A stretch of 64,000 nucleotides of DNA from Octopus sinensis (taxonomy: Eukaryota): contig NC_043008.1 in NCBI RefSeq assembly GCF_006345805.1, forward strand, positions 18,166,001-18,230,000. Reading direction: 5' to 3'. The notes under the pieces were generated by a model that did no database searches, was not told the origin of the DNA, and was given only the letters and a program-made list of their open reading frames with translations. Below, piece by piece: positions 1 through 12,420 of the stretch. Numbering within the stretch: position 1 is the stretch's first letter; every line of letters begins with the position of its first letter. The position numbers were made by a program, and so were the translations under genes.

Positions 1-132
1 GCATATATGCATGTACATATACGTATGTATATATGCATATATATATACATATATATATATATATACACACACACACATGTATATATATACATATATATAT
101 ATAATTATATATATATATGTATATATATACAT
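1..132. repeat. (TA)n/(CA)n compound microsatellite
   Basis: Direct reading of the sequence. Confidence 0.9.
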
Positions 133-692
133 AGATTATCAAAGTGAGTGTGTATGTGTGTGGCGTAATGGTACATAAACTTTGTGGGATATAAATTTAA
201 AATTATGCCTTGGTCGCTAGTTCCAGTGGAAAACCTAATTAACTTGAGTGGTTTTCTAGGATAGTGGGGGCAAGCTACTGCGATTAAAGGAAGAGTGGTT
301 CAATGCAAAGGGGAGTTGTTGTTTGAAGTTATTATGCTTTTATCAAAACAAAGCAACGAAAAATAAAATTCTCTTTTTGCTTCGTATCCAAATTCGTCGT
401 AACAAAATCTAAATCTAGAACTAGGTCTCTAAGCCACAGGGCTTAGAGAATTTGAAATAGTTTTAGTTCTTTTGCAAAGTTATTTGAATACTCAAAGGAT
501 TCATATTATATTATCTTAAGAAACTTTAGATGCCGCAAATTTCCACGTTAGTATATTATTGTTTTTCATCATTTTAAACGACCGAGTATAAGAGGATAAT
601 GAATCAGACCCGATTTCAGTTTTTGAAAAAGTCATAAGCGTTACTTTAGTCACTGACACAAAGTTTATTAATTTTTATTAATTCCAATTGCG

Positions 693-923
693 GGCGGTGA
701 GTTGGCAGAATCGTTAGCACACCGGGCGAAATGCTTAGCAGTATTTCGCCTGCCCTAACGTTCTGAGTTCAAATTCTGCCGAGGTCGACTTTGCTTTTTC
801 TCCTTTTCGATCGATAAATTAAGTACCAGTTACGCACTGGAGTCGCTATAATCGACTTAATCCCTTTCTCAGTCCTTGTTTGTCCCCTCTATGTTCAGCT
901 CCTTGTGGACAATAAAGAAATAA
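693..923 (+). mobile_element. tRNA-derived SINE, family A (octopus OK-like), full length
   Basis: Head ggcggtgagttggcagaatcgttagcac (A-box-like) and gagttcaaattc (B-box-like); central gtcgactttgc...gataaattaagtaccag; A-rich tail aataaagaaataa. Near-identical copy at 31641-31870. Confidence 0.85.
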
Positions 924-1103
924 GAATCGTTAGCACACTGGGCAAAAAAATTAACGTTTTGAGCTCAAGTTCCACCAAGGTTGACTATACCTTTTATCCA
1001 TTCAGGATCCTTAGATTTAGTACCAGTTGACCACTGGAGTCGATATAATCGACTAGCCCCTTTCCCTCAAATTTCAGGCCTTGTACCTATAGCAGAAAAT
1101 AAT
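924..1103 (+). mobile_element. SINE family A, second tandem copy (diverged)
   Basis: Restarts at gaatcgttagcacac right after the first copy and has the agtaccagttgaccactggagtcgat core. Confidence 0.75.
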
Positions 1104-1127
1104 ATAAAAATTTCCCCCCCAAAAAAA

Positions 1128-1340
1128 GAGCCAACTGACAGAATCCAATTAGCGAGATGAGCAAAATTATTGAGGAGTTTCCTCTACTTTACGCCTAGAG
1201 TTCAAATTCCGCCGAGGTTGACTTTGCCTAACATCATTCGGGTTCGATAAAGTAAGTACCAGTTGAACACTGGTGTCGATGTAATCGACTCACCATTTGG
1301 TCAGAAATTGCTGGCTTTGTGCCAATATTTGTAACCTATA
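1128..1340 (+). mobile_element. SINE family A, third adjacent copy (older subfamily)
   Basis: gagttcaaattccgccgaggttgactttgcc...gataaagtaagtaccagttgaacactgg. Confidence 0.75.
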
Positions 1341-1940
1341 TTATCTATTTCATGTTCGATAGGTTTAGTTATCCTTGATGTAATATATTATTCATAATTT
1401 GGTTATTTATCTAAATATTATTTAATTACCTTAATTTAATAATTTTTTCATCGTCTTTGATGGTAAATGGTCAAATATATCCCGGTTGAAACGTGTCTTT
1501 GATGTCTGTGAGGTTAACAAAAAGTAGCATGCAAACGTATTGATATTATTGATTATACCGACGAAAAAGTGTCGAACCATCTGCATGCGGGCGAATTCAA
1601 TTTTATTTGATTCGCGTGGGAACAGCAGCGCTAGCGCAGCGGACAGAATGATATGAATGTCTATATATTTTACGTTGCATTCTGTGCTTACATACCGTTA
1701 AATTTGTATTTATCTTTTATCCTTCCAATGCATAAATTAAGAACTATACATGCACTCTAGTTCAAATACTAAACTGTTCATGCTATGTGTGATCTTGTCT
1801 GTTTCTACAAAGGATTAAGGAGCAAGTAGGCCGTGGATCTTTTACATATTGCACAAGTTTACTGTAAAACATGTATGTACGTATTTTCCTTATGGGTGCA
1901 TATATGAGATTCTATTATTTCCACTTACTCTTTTTATTAT

Positions 1941-2405
1941 TACTCTTTTACTTGTTTCAGTCAGTTGACTGTGGCTATGCTGGAGCACCACCTTTAGGCG
2001 ATCAAATCGACCCAAGGACCTATTCTTTGTAAGCCTAGTATTTATTCTATCGGTCCTTTTTTAACGAACCGCTAAGTTACGGTGACGTAAACACACCAGC
2101 ATCGGTTATCAAGCGATGTTGCAGAGACAAACACAGACACATACATACATACATACATACATACATACATACATACATACATACATACATACATACATAC
2201 ATACATACATACATACATACATACATACATACATACATACATACATACATACATACGACGGGGTTCTTCCAGTTTCCGTCTTCCAAACCCACTCACAAGG
2301 CTTTGGTCGGCCCGAGGCTATAGTAGGATACACTTGCCCAAGGTGTCACGCAGTGGGACTGAACCCGGACCTATGTGGTTGGTAAGTAAGCTACTTACCA
2401 CACAC
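1941..2405 (-). mobile_element. tRNA-derived SINE family B (octopus OR-like) with an internal expanded (CATA)n tract at about 2140-2256
   Basis: Reverse complement reads tgtggtaagtagcttacttaccaaccacataggtccgggttcagtccc...ccttgggcaagtgt (CORE-like), then the microsatellite, then the tail ggtggtgctccagcatagccacagtc...gaaacaagtaaaagagta. Matches 25613-25998. Confidence 0.88.
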
Positions 2406-2469
2406 CCAAAGAATCACTGCCCATTGCACTTACTGATCCTCAATAAATATATGCTTCAGTTAGATTAAG

Positions 2470-2661
2470 ATTAGCATGCCGGGCAAAATGTTCAGCAGGA
2501 TTTCGTATCATTAAGTTCTGTGTTCAAATTCCCCCGAGGTCGATTTTCTCTTCCATCCCTTTCGAGGTTGATAGAATAAGTAACAGTCGAGCAATTGTGT
2601 CGATGTAATCTACTTGCTCCGCTACGTAACTTGCTAGCCTTGGGTCGACCTTTGAAACCAA
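2470..2661 (+). mobile_element. SINE family A, degraded
   Basis: ttagcatgccgggcaaaatg...gttcaaattcccccgaggtcgatttt...gatagaataagtaacag. Confidence 0.7.
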
Positions 2662-3153
2662 TTAGACTTGCGCCTAATATAGAAATAGAACATTATCTAC
2701 TTTATTATCTCACTGTTATGAAGTTGTACTTTTAATATAACCAATGTGAATAACAGTTTAATAAAAACGCAGAGAAAGGCAATAAAGCCATCTAATAGCT
2801 GCTTTTATGAGAATTCGTAAGGAATACAGAGATTTAGTGGACACCTGAAGCTTGAAATGAGACTTGGACAATGCAGAAGATATTTATTACAAATATTACT
2901 AAAGACTTTGACATCGAGATTATAAATATATATGAATATTAATCCACATATTTATCATAATCTACGTAACTCCTTACGTATCTCTGATTACGTACAAGTG
3001 AGGAGGGATGAAATGAGAACCATTCAACAGGTATAAAGTATGCTGTTTTCTCTCATAATATAACTTACTGAAAATAGAGAACATATATAAGGACTAAGTA
3101 ATTAATGATAAATCTCAGAGCGAGTTATAAGCAGTAGCGGTAACACATCATGA

Positions 3154-3330
3154 CGCATATTTGCCATTTGAATATGGCTAACCCATAAGGGTGGATGCTA
3201 CTGTAGTTTGTAGCCCCAGGAAGATATCTCCTCCAGCTGGCTATAGACACACTATCTGTGTCCTCTCACTATTTGTGAAGGGGAGTCATCCACCCTTATG
3301 GGTTTGCCATATTCAAATGGCAAATATGCG
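3154..3330. repeat. Inverted-repeat cassette: 44-bp arms (3154-3197 / 3287-3330, 1 mismatch) around a structured core also found at 36927-37028
   Basis: cgcatatttgccatttgaatatggctaacccataagggtggatg versus catccacccttatgggtttgccatattcaaatggcaaatatgcg. Confidence 0.85.
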
Positions 3331-3429
3331 ACTAAGTAATTATTATGATTCTTTAACTGTAGCGGCAAGTACACAGGAGTGAAATATATAAACGTATATG
3401 TATATAATTGCTGATGGGACTTCATAATT

Positions 3430-3878
3430 GGATCATTTCGGTTTGAACGGCAGTTTTTTCTAGCGGTGTCATATGAATTTGTCACCCATAATTATGACAC
3501 TAGAATCGATCTATTGCATTTCAATCTCTTTTACGGTTAGGGTTAGTTAGAGTTAGTTAGGGTTAGAGTTAGGTTTAGGGGTGGGGGAAGGGTATCTTTT
3601 TTCTTCACAAATGTAAATAAACCCAATCTGTTTCTTACAGGAGGGACACATTCATATGGCACAGAATGCTTTTTAACTCAATAGACGTCACTGATTGGTT
3701 GAAATTGCAGAAATTGAAGAAAAAACAACAACAAATATCTTACAAACTATAGAATTTTCTCAATAAGGCCAAGAGAAAAATATGTTTTATAAACACATTC
3801 TACCATTATACGATGTTTAAAATTTTTTTAGTTACCTAGAAATTATGTTAAAAACCGCCGTTCAAACCGAAAAGATCC
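3430..3878. mobile_element. Non-autonomous DNA transposon (MITE) with TIRs and internal degenerate (TTAGGG)n, copy 1
   Basis: TIR ggatcatttcggtttgaacggcagttttt / aaaaaccgccgttcaaaccgaaaagatcc; ggttagggttagttagagttagttagggttag at about 3536-3580; second copy at 7397-7814. Confidence 0.85.
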
Positions 3879-4809
3879 GATAATATTTCAAGTGTATAAG
3901 ATGATTTCGGCGGAATAACTACATATCGGGAACGGAACTCGCATTACTATCTTCACTTGATGGCAGCTTACATGCAAGAAATTTATATCAGTTGCACAGC
4001 ATTTAAATTGTAAAATTACTAAATTACGGGAAAAACAAAATACGTTTTTATTTTTAGCGTAAGAGCGGAGCTTTATTCGTAGTTGGAGAATTATATTCAT
4101 TGCAGAACAAACTAAATAAAACTGTTCCACTGTCCAAACAGCTCATTTTACAGATAATTTCACTTGTTTACTATTTGAAGTTTTTACGGAACTTCGAAGC
4201 ATCGAAAAAACGTAAAACAGTAATTAAACCATAAAGGTAAATGTATGATAATATTTTATGAACCCCACCAAATAAAATAGGCAACTCGCTTCTGTTTATT
4301 ATGCTCATTACAGTTTACCTGGCTCTAAAAACGAAAATCTAAATGTTGTAAATAGAAACAATGAAAGAATACGTGGTAGCTTTAATGAGTGAACCTATTA
4401 ACTTTGATTTGCAATCCCCTTTTTTTTTTTTTAGACTTGTGAATAAACAACGCAATTTTAAACTGACAGCTGTTTACCAAACCTATTACCATCTAAATTA
4501 CTACACAAAATCATAAAGAAAAGTAATTATCCAACTCCATTTCGACAATCAATAGACGTAAGATCACTCTCTTCACAAAACAGATGCATACAAACATGCC
4601 GTTACATGTATTCGAGCGAGTGTGTAGCTCTGTGTGTTTATATATAAATACACACATACACACACACACATTTGTACTCACACTCATATATACACAAAAT
4701 AGTATACCTGTATGTGTATGTATATTAAATATATTATGTTTGTGCGTATGTTTATATACATGTATAAATGTAAGTGTATCTACATACGTACATCCAAATA
4801 TACAGTAGG

Positions 4810-5295
4810 AGGTTTTCTGCTAAATGGCTTCTTCTCTAATCCCTAACTGGCGACTGGGGAGAGAGAGAGAGGCTCGCATCTCGACAAAAACGCTGCTTTG
4901 GATGCCATGGACAGTTTCCTATCCTTGGCTCTGGCCTTAGCATGCTTGAGTTCGAGGCGTAGCGACTTCAAGCCTTCCAGGATTTGTTCCACCCATGCCT
5001 TCTTTGATGCGCTGTGATGGATTTGCCAGTGCGTCAAAGAGAACATTTCTCCAGCGTTCGCTATTTTACCTTCGTCTACTCTAAGGACCCTTCATGTTTG
5101 TTTTCATTCGGTTTCCTTGTATGTCTTTACTGACCTGTTTTTGCTACAATTTTAATCCTCCGCAAATTCCAAATTATATTTTGGTTTGCGGAGCAACTGC
5201 CCTTCGAAGACTCAAATCGTCGTTCAATGGTCGAAATGAGGAGAAGATGGACAGCCGACAACTGATGAAAGGTCCTGTTTTCCAATTGTTTCTTT
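4810..5295 (-). mobile_element. RTE-clade LINE, degraded 3' end of the RT ORF
   Basis: Minus-strand translation VLRVDEGKIA...W...KKAWVEQILEGLKSLRLELKHAKARAKDRKL resembles the RTE C-terminal signature (GHVLRM..R.....W....GRP...W...I..DL......A.DR..WR). Frameshifted upstream. Confidence 0.6.
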
Positions 5296-5374
5296 CGTTG
5301 TTTATGTATTTCATGATTCTCTCGTTGTTTTCGTATTTCATGTTGTTTACGGTTCGTGAGGTCCTGTACCCATA

Positions 5375-5421
5375 TATGCATATATATAAGTGTATGTGTG
5401 TACACACATATGCATATATAT

Positions 5422-5474
<53 letters not shown>

Positions 5475-5544
5475 TATTTATATTACTATTTGATTGACCG
5501 CCACGCATCCATTTCCAAGTAAGTTTATATATATATATTATATA

Positions 5545-5577
<33 letters not shown>

Positions 5578-5834
5578 CACAAATATATACATGTCCTCCA
5601 GCATGCGCACATTCACTTATGCACACATATATACACACACAGATCGACATTGACATGCATTGCATCTGTATGCTCGAGCACGTATAACAAGATAACAAGA
5701 TGCATACTAGATATATTATACAGATGGACACACGCACAGATACACACATATGGTCAAACACACATTCTCACACACATGCGTGCACGTGAACACACACGTA
5801 CGCACGCATATATATACATATATATATATATATG

Positions 5835-5885
<51 letters not shown>
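5375..5885. repeat. (TA)n/(CA)n/(TG)n compound microsatellite block
   Basis: Direct reading. Confidence 0.85.
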
Positions 5886-6342
5886 TACCGCGGTGGTGGT
5901 GGTGATATTAATCTGTGTATCCTATCATGTACGATAGGTATAGGAACACATGCGCAACGTATGCATACAAGCAAATTTCAGCTCAATAAAACGCTTATGT
6001 CTTATATCAATCAAGAACCGATTGAATATTTACGATATTTCCGGATGATCTTTACTCCTTTATAAAATTCTGTGGTATGAAGTATACCGATGTTTAATAT
6101 TTGTATCTGATCATTTAAAGAATTGAATGTAGTTTACACGCATGCACTGTTTCAGGGGATGCAGTTAAACTATTGTATCGTATATGATTCCTGATGCGGA
6201 AATTAATACATTATCCGCTAGTTTATTCGACATATGAAATCCATATTTTTTAATGTTTGGTGTAAGTAATACTTTTCTATATTGAAAAAGGAGAATATAA
6301 ATGAGGAAACATGTTTCATGTGGCTTCATTTCCAGCTTCAAG

Positions 6343-6393
<51 letters not shown>

Positions 6394-6786
6394 TAAATGG
6401 ACGCTTTCTTATCTGATTTTTGATTCAGTGCCTATCAATAAATTTGTCGGACTTAATCAAACAGTTGATACTGAGAGACCGATGTACACCAACATCCTGA
6501 ACTATAAATGAATGCGGAAAATACGCTGGTTTCTATTGAAGGAACACAAGAATATGCCACACATTATATATATATATATTTTAATTTGTGATGAATATAA
6601 CTTGTAATTCGTAAATTTTCTTCTAGCTTTGCTGAAAACAAATTGACATTGCTTCGAAGTTTTAGCGAATCGAGATATCAAGTTTATACTATAATTTTCA
6701 TTATAAGTCATAAAGTGTACGTTACATTATTCATATGAAACGATTGCTTAAAATTATGAATTGAAGCCATGTTTAGAAATATTAGT

Positions 6787-6990
6787 TTCAACTTTTGACA
6801 CGATGCCAGCAATTCCGGGGGAGTCGTTAAGTCGATTATATCGACCCCAGAACTCATTAAGTAGTTATTTTATCGAACTTGAAAACATGAAAGACAAAGT
6901 CAACCTTGGTGAAATTTGAGCTCAGAACGTAAATACCGCTAAGTACTTTGCGTGGCGTGCTAACGTTTCTGCCAGGTCACCGCCTTTCTA
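6787..6990 (-). mobile_element. SINE family A with a 15-bp TSD
   Basis: Reverse complement head ggcggtgacctggcagaaacgttagcac. Flanked by tttagaaatattagt at 6772-6786 and 6991-7005. Confidence 0.85.
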
Positions 6991-7396
6991 TTTAGAAATA
7001 TTAGTCCAGCTAATTACCAAGAGCGTACCTCAGTTAGTGTTAGTTAGTGTTAGTGCTAAGAAATAACCACAATATATCAAGGAAGCAAAGTCTCTAGTTC
7101 GCTGGCCTCCTTTCAATAATTCCCTGTGGTGACTCGGCACAGTAAAAAAAAAATTCGGAAGACCTCATACGCTTTGTACCCTAATGATTATATGTAATGA
7201 ACGCGGCCACTAGAATAATTAGGATCCTTCTAAAAGTCTGCGAGAAATGTTGAAGCTAAACCAAGTTATTTTTGTGACAGAAACTTAAATAAATTTTGGG
7301 GTTAAGGAATATTTTCTGATAAATAAATATTCGGATTATAAAATGCTATTGGCAAAATGCTAACAATAGTAAGAACCCTAACTAAATTAATCGTGG

Positions 7397-7814
7397 GGAT
7401 CTTTTCGGTTTTAACAGCAATTTTTTCTAGTGGTGTCATGAAATTGTCACCTATAATTATGATCCTAGAATCGATCTATTGCATTTCAATCTCTTTTAGG
7501 GTTTGGGTTAGTTAGGGTTGGGGTAGGGTATCTTTTTTTCTTCACAAATGTAAATAAACCCAATCAGTTTCTTAAACGAGGGACATATTCATACGGCACA
7601 TAATGCTTTTTAACTCAATAGACGTCACTGATTGGTTGAAATTGCAGAAATTGAAGAAAAAAAACAGCAAATATCTTACAAACTATAGAATTTTCTCAAT
7701 AAAACCAAGAGAAGAAGATGTTTTATAAACACATTCTACCAGTATACGAAGTTTAACAATTTTTTAGTTACCTAGAAATTATGTTAAAAACTGCCGCTCA
7801 AACCGAAAAGATCC
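7397..7814. mobile_element. TTAGGG-containing MITE, copy 2, with an 8-bp TSD
   Basis: TIR ggatcttttcggttttaacagc / gccgctcaaaccgaaaagatcc; TSD aatcgtgg at 7389-7396 and 7815-7822; colinear with 3430-3878. Confidence 0.88.
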
Positions 7815-8417
7815 AATCGTGGTATTTATTTGCAACTCTTTATGGTTTTAGTTAAACACGTATTTAGTTAACAATTCATTTCATTCTCCAAAGGTCGATA
7901 ATGTAAGAGCATTGATTGATATCTGTTTACTAAAGCTAACAATAAATATGTTGATATTTACCGATATTTTGAAACTCACATAAGATATAATACTTCGTGT
8001 TGAAGATAGTAAAATATTTTTTATTGTAATGTTACCTAAAGACAATGGGAGGAAAAAATTTATAGAGCAACTATTAGCATTCCTTACGGTCTTGTGCCTT
8101 TTTATGTTGTGTGTTCGAATATCGTTAAGGTCGGCTTTGCGTTTATTACTTCCATGGTCGATAAGACATCGACGTTATTGATTTTAATCTTCCTCACATT
8201 TCGAGGCCTTGTGTCGATGTGAGAAATCAGCACTTCAACCAATATCTATATCAACTTTAATATAATTTTCTTTCTTGAGACCAATATATTATTGAGATGA
8301 AAGTATATTACTTAGCAAACATCCTGGAATACACAGTTTTAAGATCTTACTTCGGTGTTCAAAAATGTGTTTCCATTCAGCGAATGACCCGGGTAGCTTC
8401 AGAAAAAAAACCGCTTG

Positions 8418-8516
8418 TGTATATACATATATATATATATACACATAAGCACATATATATATAAATACATATGTATACACACATGTACATATATATATAT
8501 ATACACACACACACAT

Positions 8517-8570
<54 letters not shown>

Positions 8571-9256
8571 CATATATATATACATATATATATACATATA
8601 TATATACATATATATATACATATATATATACATATATATATACATATATATACACAATATATATACATATATATACTATATATATATATATACATATATA
8701 TATACATATATATATATATGTATATATCAATATATACATATATAATATATATATATACATATATATATACATATATATATAATATATATATATAGATATA
8801 TATACATATATATATACATATATATACATATATATTATATATATATAACATATATATACATATATATATATATACATATATATATATTATACATATATAT
8901 ATATACTATATATATACATATATAATACATATATATATATACATATATATATACATATATATATACATATATATATACTATATATATACATATATATATA
9001 CATCTATATATAATATATATATGCATATATATATACATATATATACATACTATATGCATATATATATACATATATATGCATATATATATACATATATATA
9101 TACATATATATATGCATATATATATACATATATATATATATTACATATATATATATATACATATATATATACATATATATATATATACATATATATATAC
9201 ATATATATTATACATATATATATACATATATATATATACATATATATATATATTAC

Positions 9257-9289
<33 letters not shown>

Positions 9290-9307
9290 CATATATATTA
9301 TATCTAC

Positions 9308-9338
<31 letters not shown>

Positions 9339-9408
9339 CATATATATATACATATATATATATATACATATATATATATATCATATATATATACATATAT
9401 ATATATAC

Positions 9409-9439
<31 letters not shown>

Positions 9440-9595
9440 CATATATATATTACATATATATATATACATATATATAATACATAATATATATATACATATA
9501 TATATATACATATAATATATATACATATATATATATACATATAGATATATATACATATATATATACATATATTATATATATATATATATATATAC

Positions 9596-9626
<31 letters not shown>

Positions 9627-10214
9627 ATATATATATACTATTATCTATATATATATACATATTATAGACATATTACATATATATTATACATATATACATA
9701 TATATATACATATATACATATATACATATATACATATATATACATATATCTAATACATATTACAATTACATATATACATATATATATACATATATATATA
9801 CATAATATTATACATATATATATACATTTATATACATCTATACTACATATATATATACATATATATATATACATATTATATAATATATATACATATATAT
9901 ATACATATATATATACATATATATATTACATATATATAATATATATACATATATATATATATATATCATATATATATAATATCATACATATATATATATA
10001 TATACATACATATATATATATAATACATACATATATATCTATATATACATACATTATATATATATATACATCCCTATTATATATATACAAATATATCATA
10101 TATATATACATATAAATTATATATAACATATATATATATATATATATAATACATATATATATAATACACATACCTATATATATATTATACATATATACAT
10201 ATATATATCTACAT

Positions 10215-10277
<63 letters not shown>

Positions 10278-10440
10278 TACAATATACATATATATATATA
10301 TATACATATATATTATATATATATCATATCTATTATATATACAGATACATATATATATATATATATTATCCATACATATATCTATATATATATATACATA
10401 CATTATATATATTATATATATATATATATATTATACATAC
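8418..10440. repeat. About 2-kb (TA)n microsatellite with periodic CA interruptions (e.g. a TACATATATATA 12-mer run at about 8570-8650)
   Basis: Direct reading. All overlapping YI/HI ORFs are artefacts of it. Confidence 0.95.
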
Positions 10441-10842
10441 TTACACTAGAAACGCACTAGTCCTTTGGACGTTCTAATTTTTATAACGGCGCATTCCTTT
10501 GGACAGTTTAAGTTGAATTAGCCAGCAGTTAGAAGTTATTTTAAGCTGATAAGCATAAAATATATAATTACTAATTTGGTTAGCAGTTTATGATATGGTA
10601 TTAAGCAGCCGATGCAAGGAAGACAGTTTTTTGAGCACAAATTTGGCATTTAGTAATAAATGAAAGTCAATGAAATGAGATAGCAATTGTAGTAGGTCTT
10701 ATAGAACCTATATCTTACCTGAAGTTTTTTGTAGCAAGTAGTTATTTTACTCTTAATGCCTGACACAACTGCATTGAAGCTTTTTTTCAGTGAAAGTCAT
10801 GTATGATATTCAAAAGCAAACATTTATAGCAAACACACAAAC

Positions 10843-11180
10843 AGAAAAAGAGTACTCAGAGCGGGCAAACCTCTGCCAAGGCAACACCAATATCCTCTCA
10901 ATGATTAATCAGAGAGGATTTTTAAATGAGAATATCTGAAATAAATTCGACTGCTCTCACGAACGAGAATACTAAAAATGAACTCGACTGTTCTCAAAAA
11001 TTAAGTAAAAAAAGAAACAGGAAAATAATCCAGAATCCTTGTCCTATACCAGATCTATAACAAAATATAATCAGTTCGTGCTAGTCGCGAGACCATCGTT
11101 GAAAGTTTCATCCGAATCCATTCAGCGGTTCTTGAGATATCTTGTCCATGAAGAAACAAACAAACATGACTGAAAACACT
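10843..11180 (+). mobile_element. Non-autonomous Helentron/DINE-1-like element, 3'-truncated
   Basis: Start aagagtactcagagcgggcaaacctctgccaagg and end aagtttcatccgaatccattcagcggttcttgagatatcttg...aaacaaacaaac...gaaaac resemble HINE/DINE-type elements (from recall). Confidence 0.55.
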
Positions 11181-11366
11181 GCTGTGAAGGGTTTTGTCGA
11201 ACAAATCTATCCCAGGAGTTCTTTAGACTTTGGTATTCATTCTAAGGGGCTCTTGCTCCGAAACTACTTAATTATGAGAACATAAAGAAAACATCACCAG
11301 TAGTTAAGCGTTTAGGCAGGGAACAGCACAAGCACAAGTCACACACACACACACACACAGACACAC
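11181..11366 (-). mobile_element. SINE family B 3' part, degraded
   Basis: gaagggttttgtcgaacaaatctatcccagg...ggtattcattct...gttaagcg resembles the reverse complement of the family B tail. Confidence 0.55.
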
Positions 11367-11654
11367 ATTCTGAAATCATAATTCTTTGATATTTTTATTT
11401 TGATCCGTATCTTATAAGGGAAAATATTTATATAACTTGGATAATTGTTCTATATTCCACCATAGTTTTAGATGCACTGTAGGAATGGCCTACTAACTTA
11501 TTTGATTTCTTACAAGTGCGTCTCAGTTCCCAATTTCTTTTCGGAATACTAGTTAGTGTAAGCTGTTGAAGATTAATATATAGTGTGTGAACTAATCTTT
11601 AACAGTTTACTCCTCAGATTACTCTGTCAAATGTAATGTCTATATACCCTCGTT

Positions 11655-12420
11655 TGAACAATAAATATCCGGACTGTTACCATAGTAAGGAAGCTAAAGC
11701 ACGCAGATTAAAACAGCTGGGCATAGATTGACCTTAATTTCTAACGATCTAGCTCACTTCCGCTGTTTACAGCAGTCCTTGGAAGGAAAGTATGTAGCGT
11801 GTGATCATTGCATTTACCATGAAAGTTGAGCAGGCAATCTGCATCAAATTTTGTCAAAAGCTTGGCGATATCTGCTCAGACGCCTACGCAGATTTTTCGA
11901 ACAGTATTCGTCGTTCTCAACACAATCAAAGAAATCGTGTGCCACTGAAACACGAGTGTCTTTTTGAACAGCTGAAAGCAGTTTTGGCACAAACTTGGCA
12001 GACGCGCGTCTCATACCCAAAACTTCATAAATAACTGACTGAACTGAATCGTAACTAATCTGCACTTCTTCTGATAACTCACGGATGGTGATTCAACGAT
12101 TTATTCTCACAGTTGCACGCACATCTGCGATGTCTTTTCTCATCTCTCCTGGTTGCGGGACTCCCAGATCGTTCATCAATATCGACATTTTTTCGGCCAT
12201 CTTGGGAACATCTGAAATACTCGTACACATGTGTGCGGCTTATACACTCCGCTCCATATACTCTCTGGACATTTGTGTAGTTCTTTGAGTAGGTATCGCC
12301 ATGACAACTTTCTTTGTCTTGGTCAATGCGACGATCACAGGCTACACACCTTCTTTCCAAGCACGACTGTAAACAACGGAAGTGAGGTAGAACATTAAAA
12401 CTTAGTGTGCATACATAGCA
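11655..12420. mobile_element. Mariner remnant with two inverted 5' halves (transposase N-terminus on both strands)
   Basis: Plus strand: EQAICIKFCQKLGD. Minus strand: VYGAECISRTHVYEYFRCSQDGRKNVDIDERSGSP and LGMRRASAKFVPKLLS (mariner HTH and WVPHEL-like linker). Arm marker tcacttccgctgtttacag 11754-11772 versus ctgtaaacaacggaagtga 12367-12385. Confidence 0.8.

Noticed and set aside
3191-3382. Similar short ORFs at 3191 and 36928 (..SPR...PAG..KG.HP)
   Set aside because: Differences are mostly non-synonymous and the starts are GTG; shared repeat DNA explains the similarity.
3536-3580. Telomere or chromosome-fusion scar
   Set aside because: The tract lies inside a TIR element that is duplicated at 7397-7814.
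8289-10403. Numerous long YI/HI/CV/TH-rich ORFs here and throughout the window
   Set aside because: Translations of stop-free dinucleotide and tetranucleotide microsatellites.
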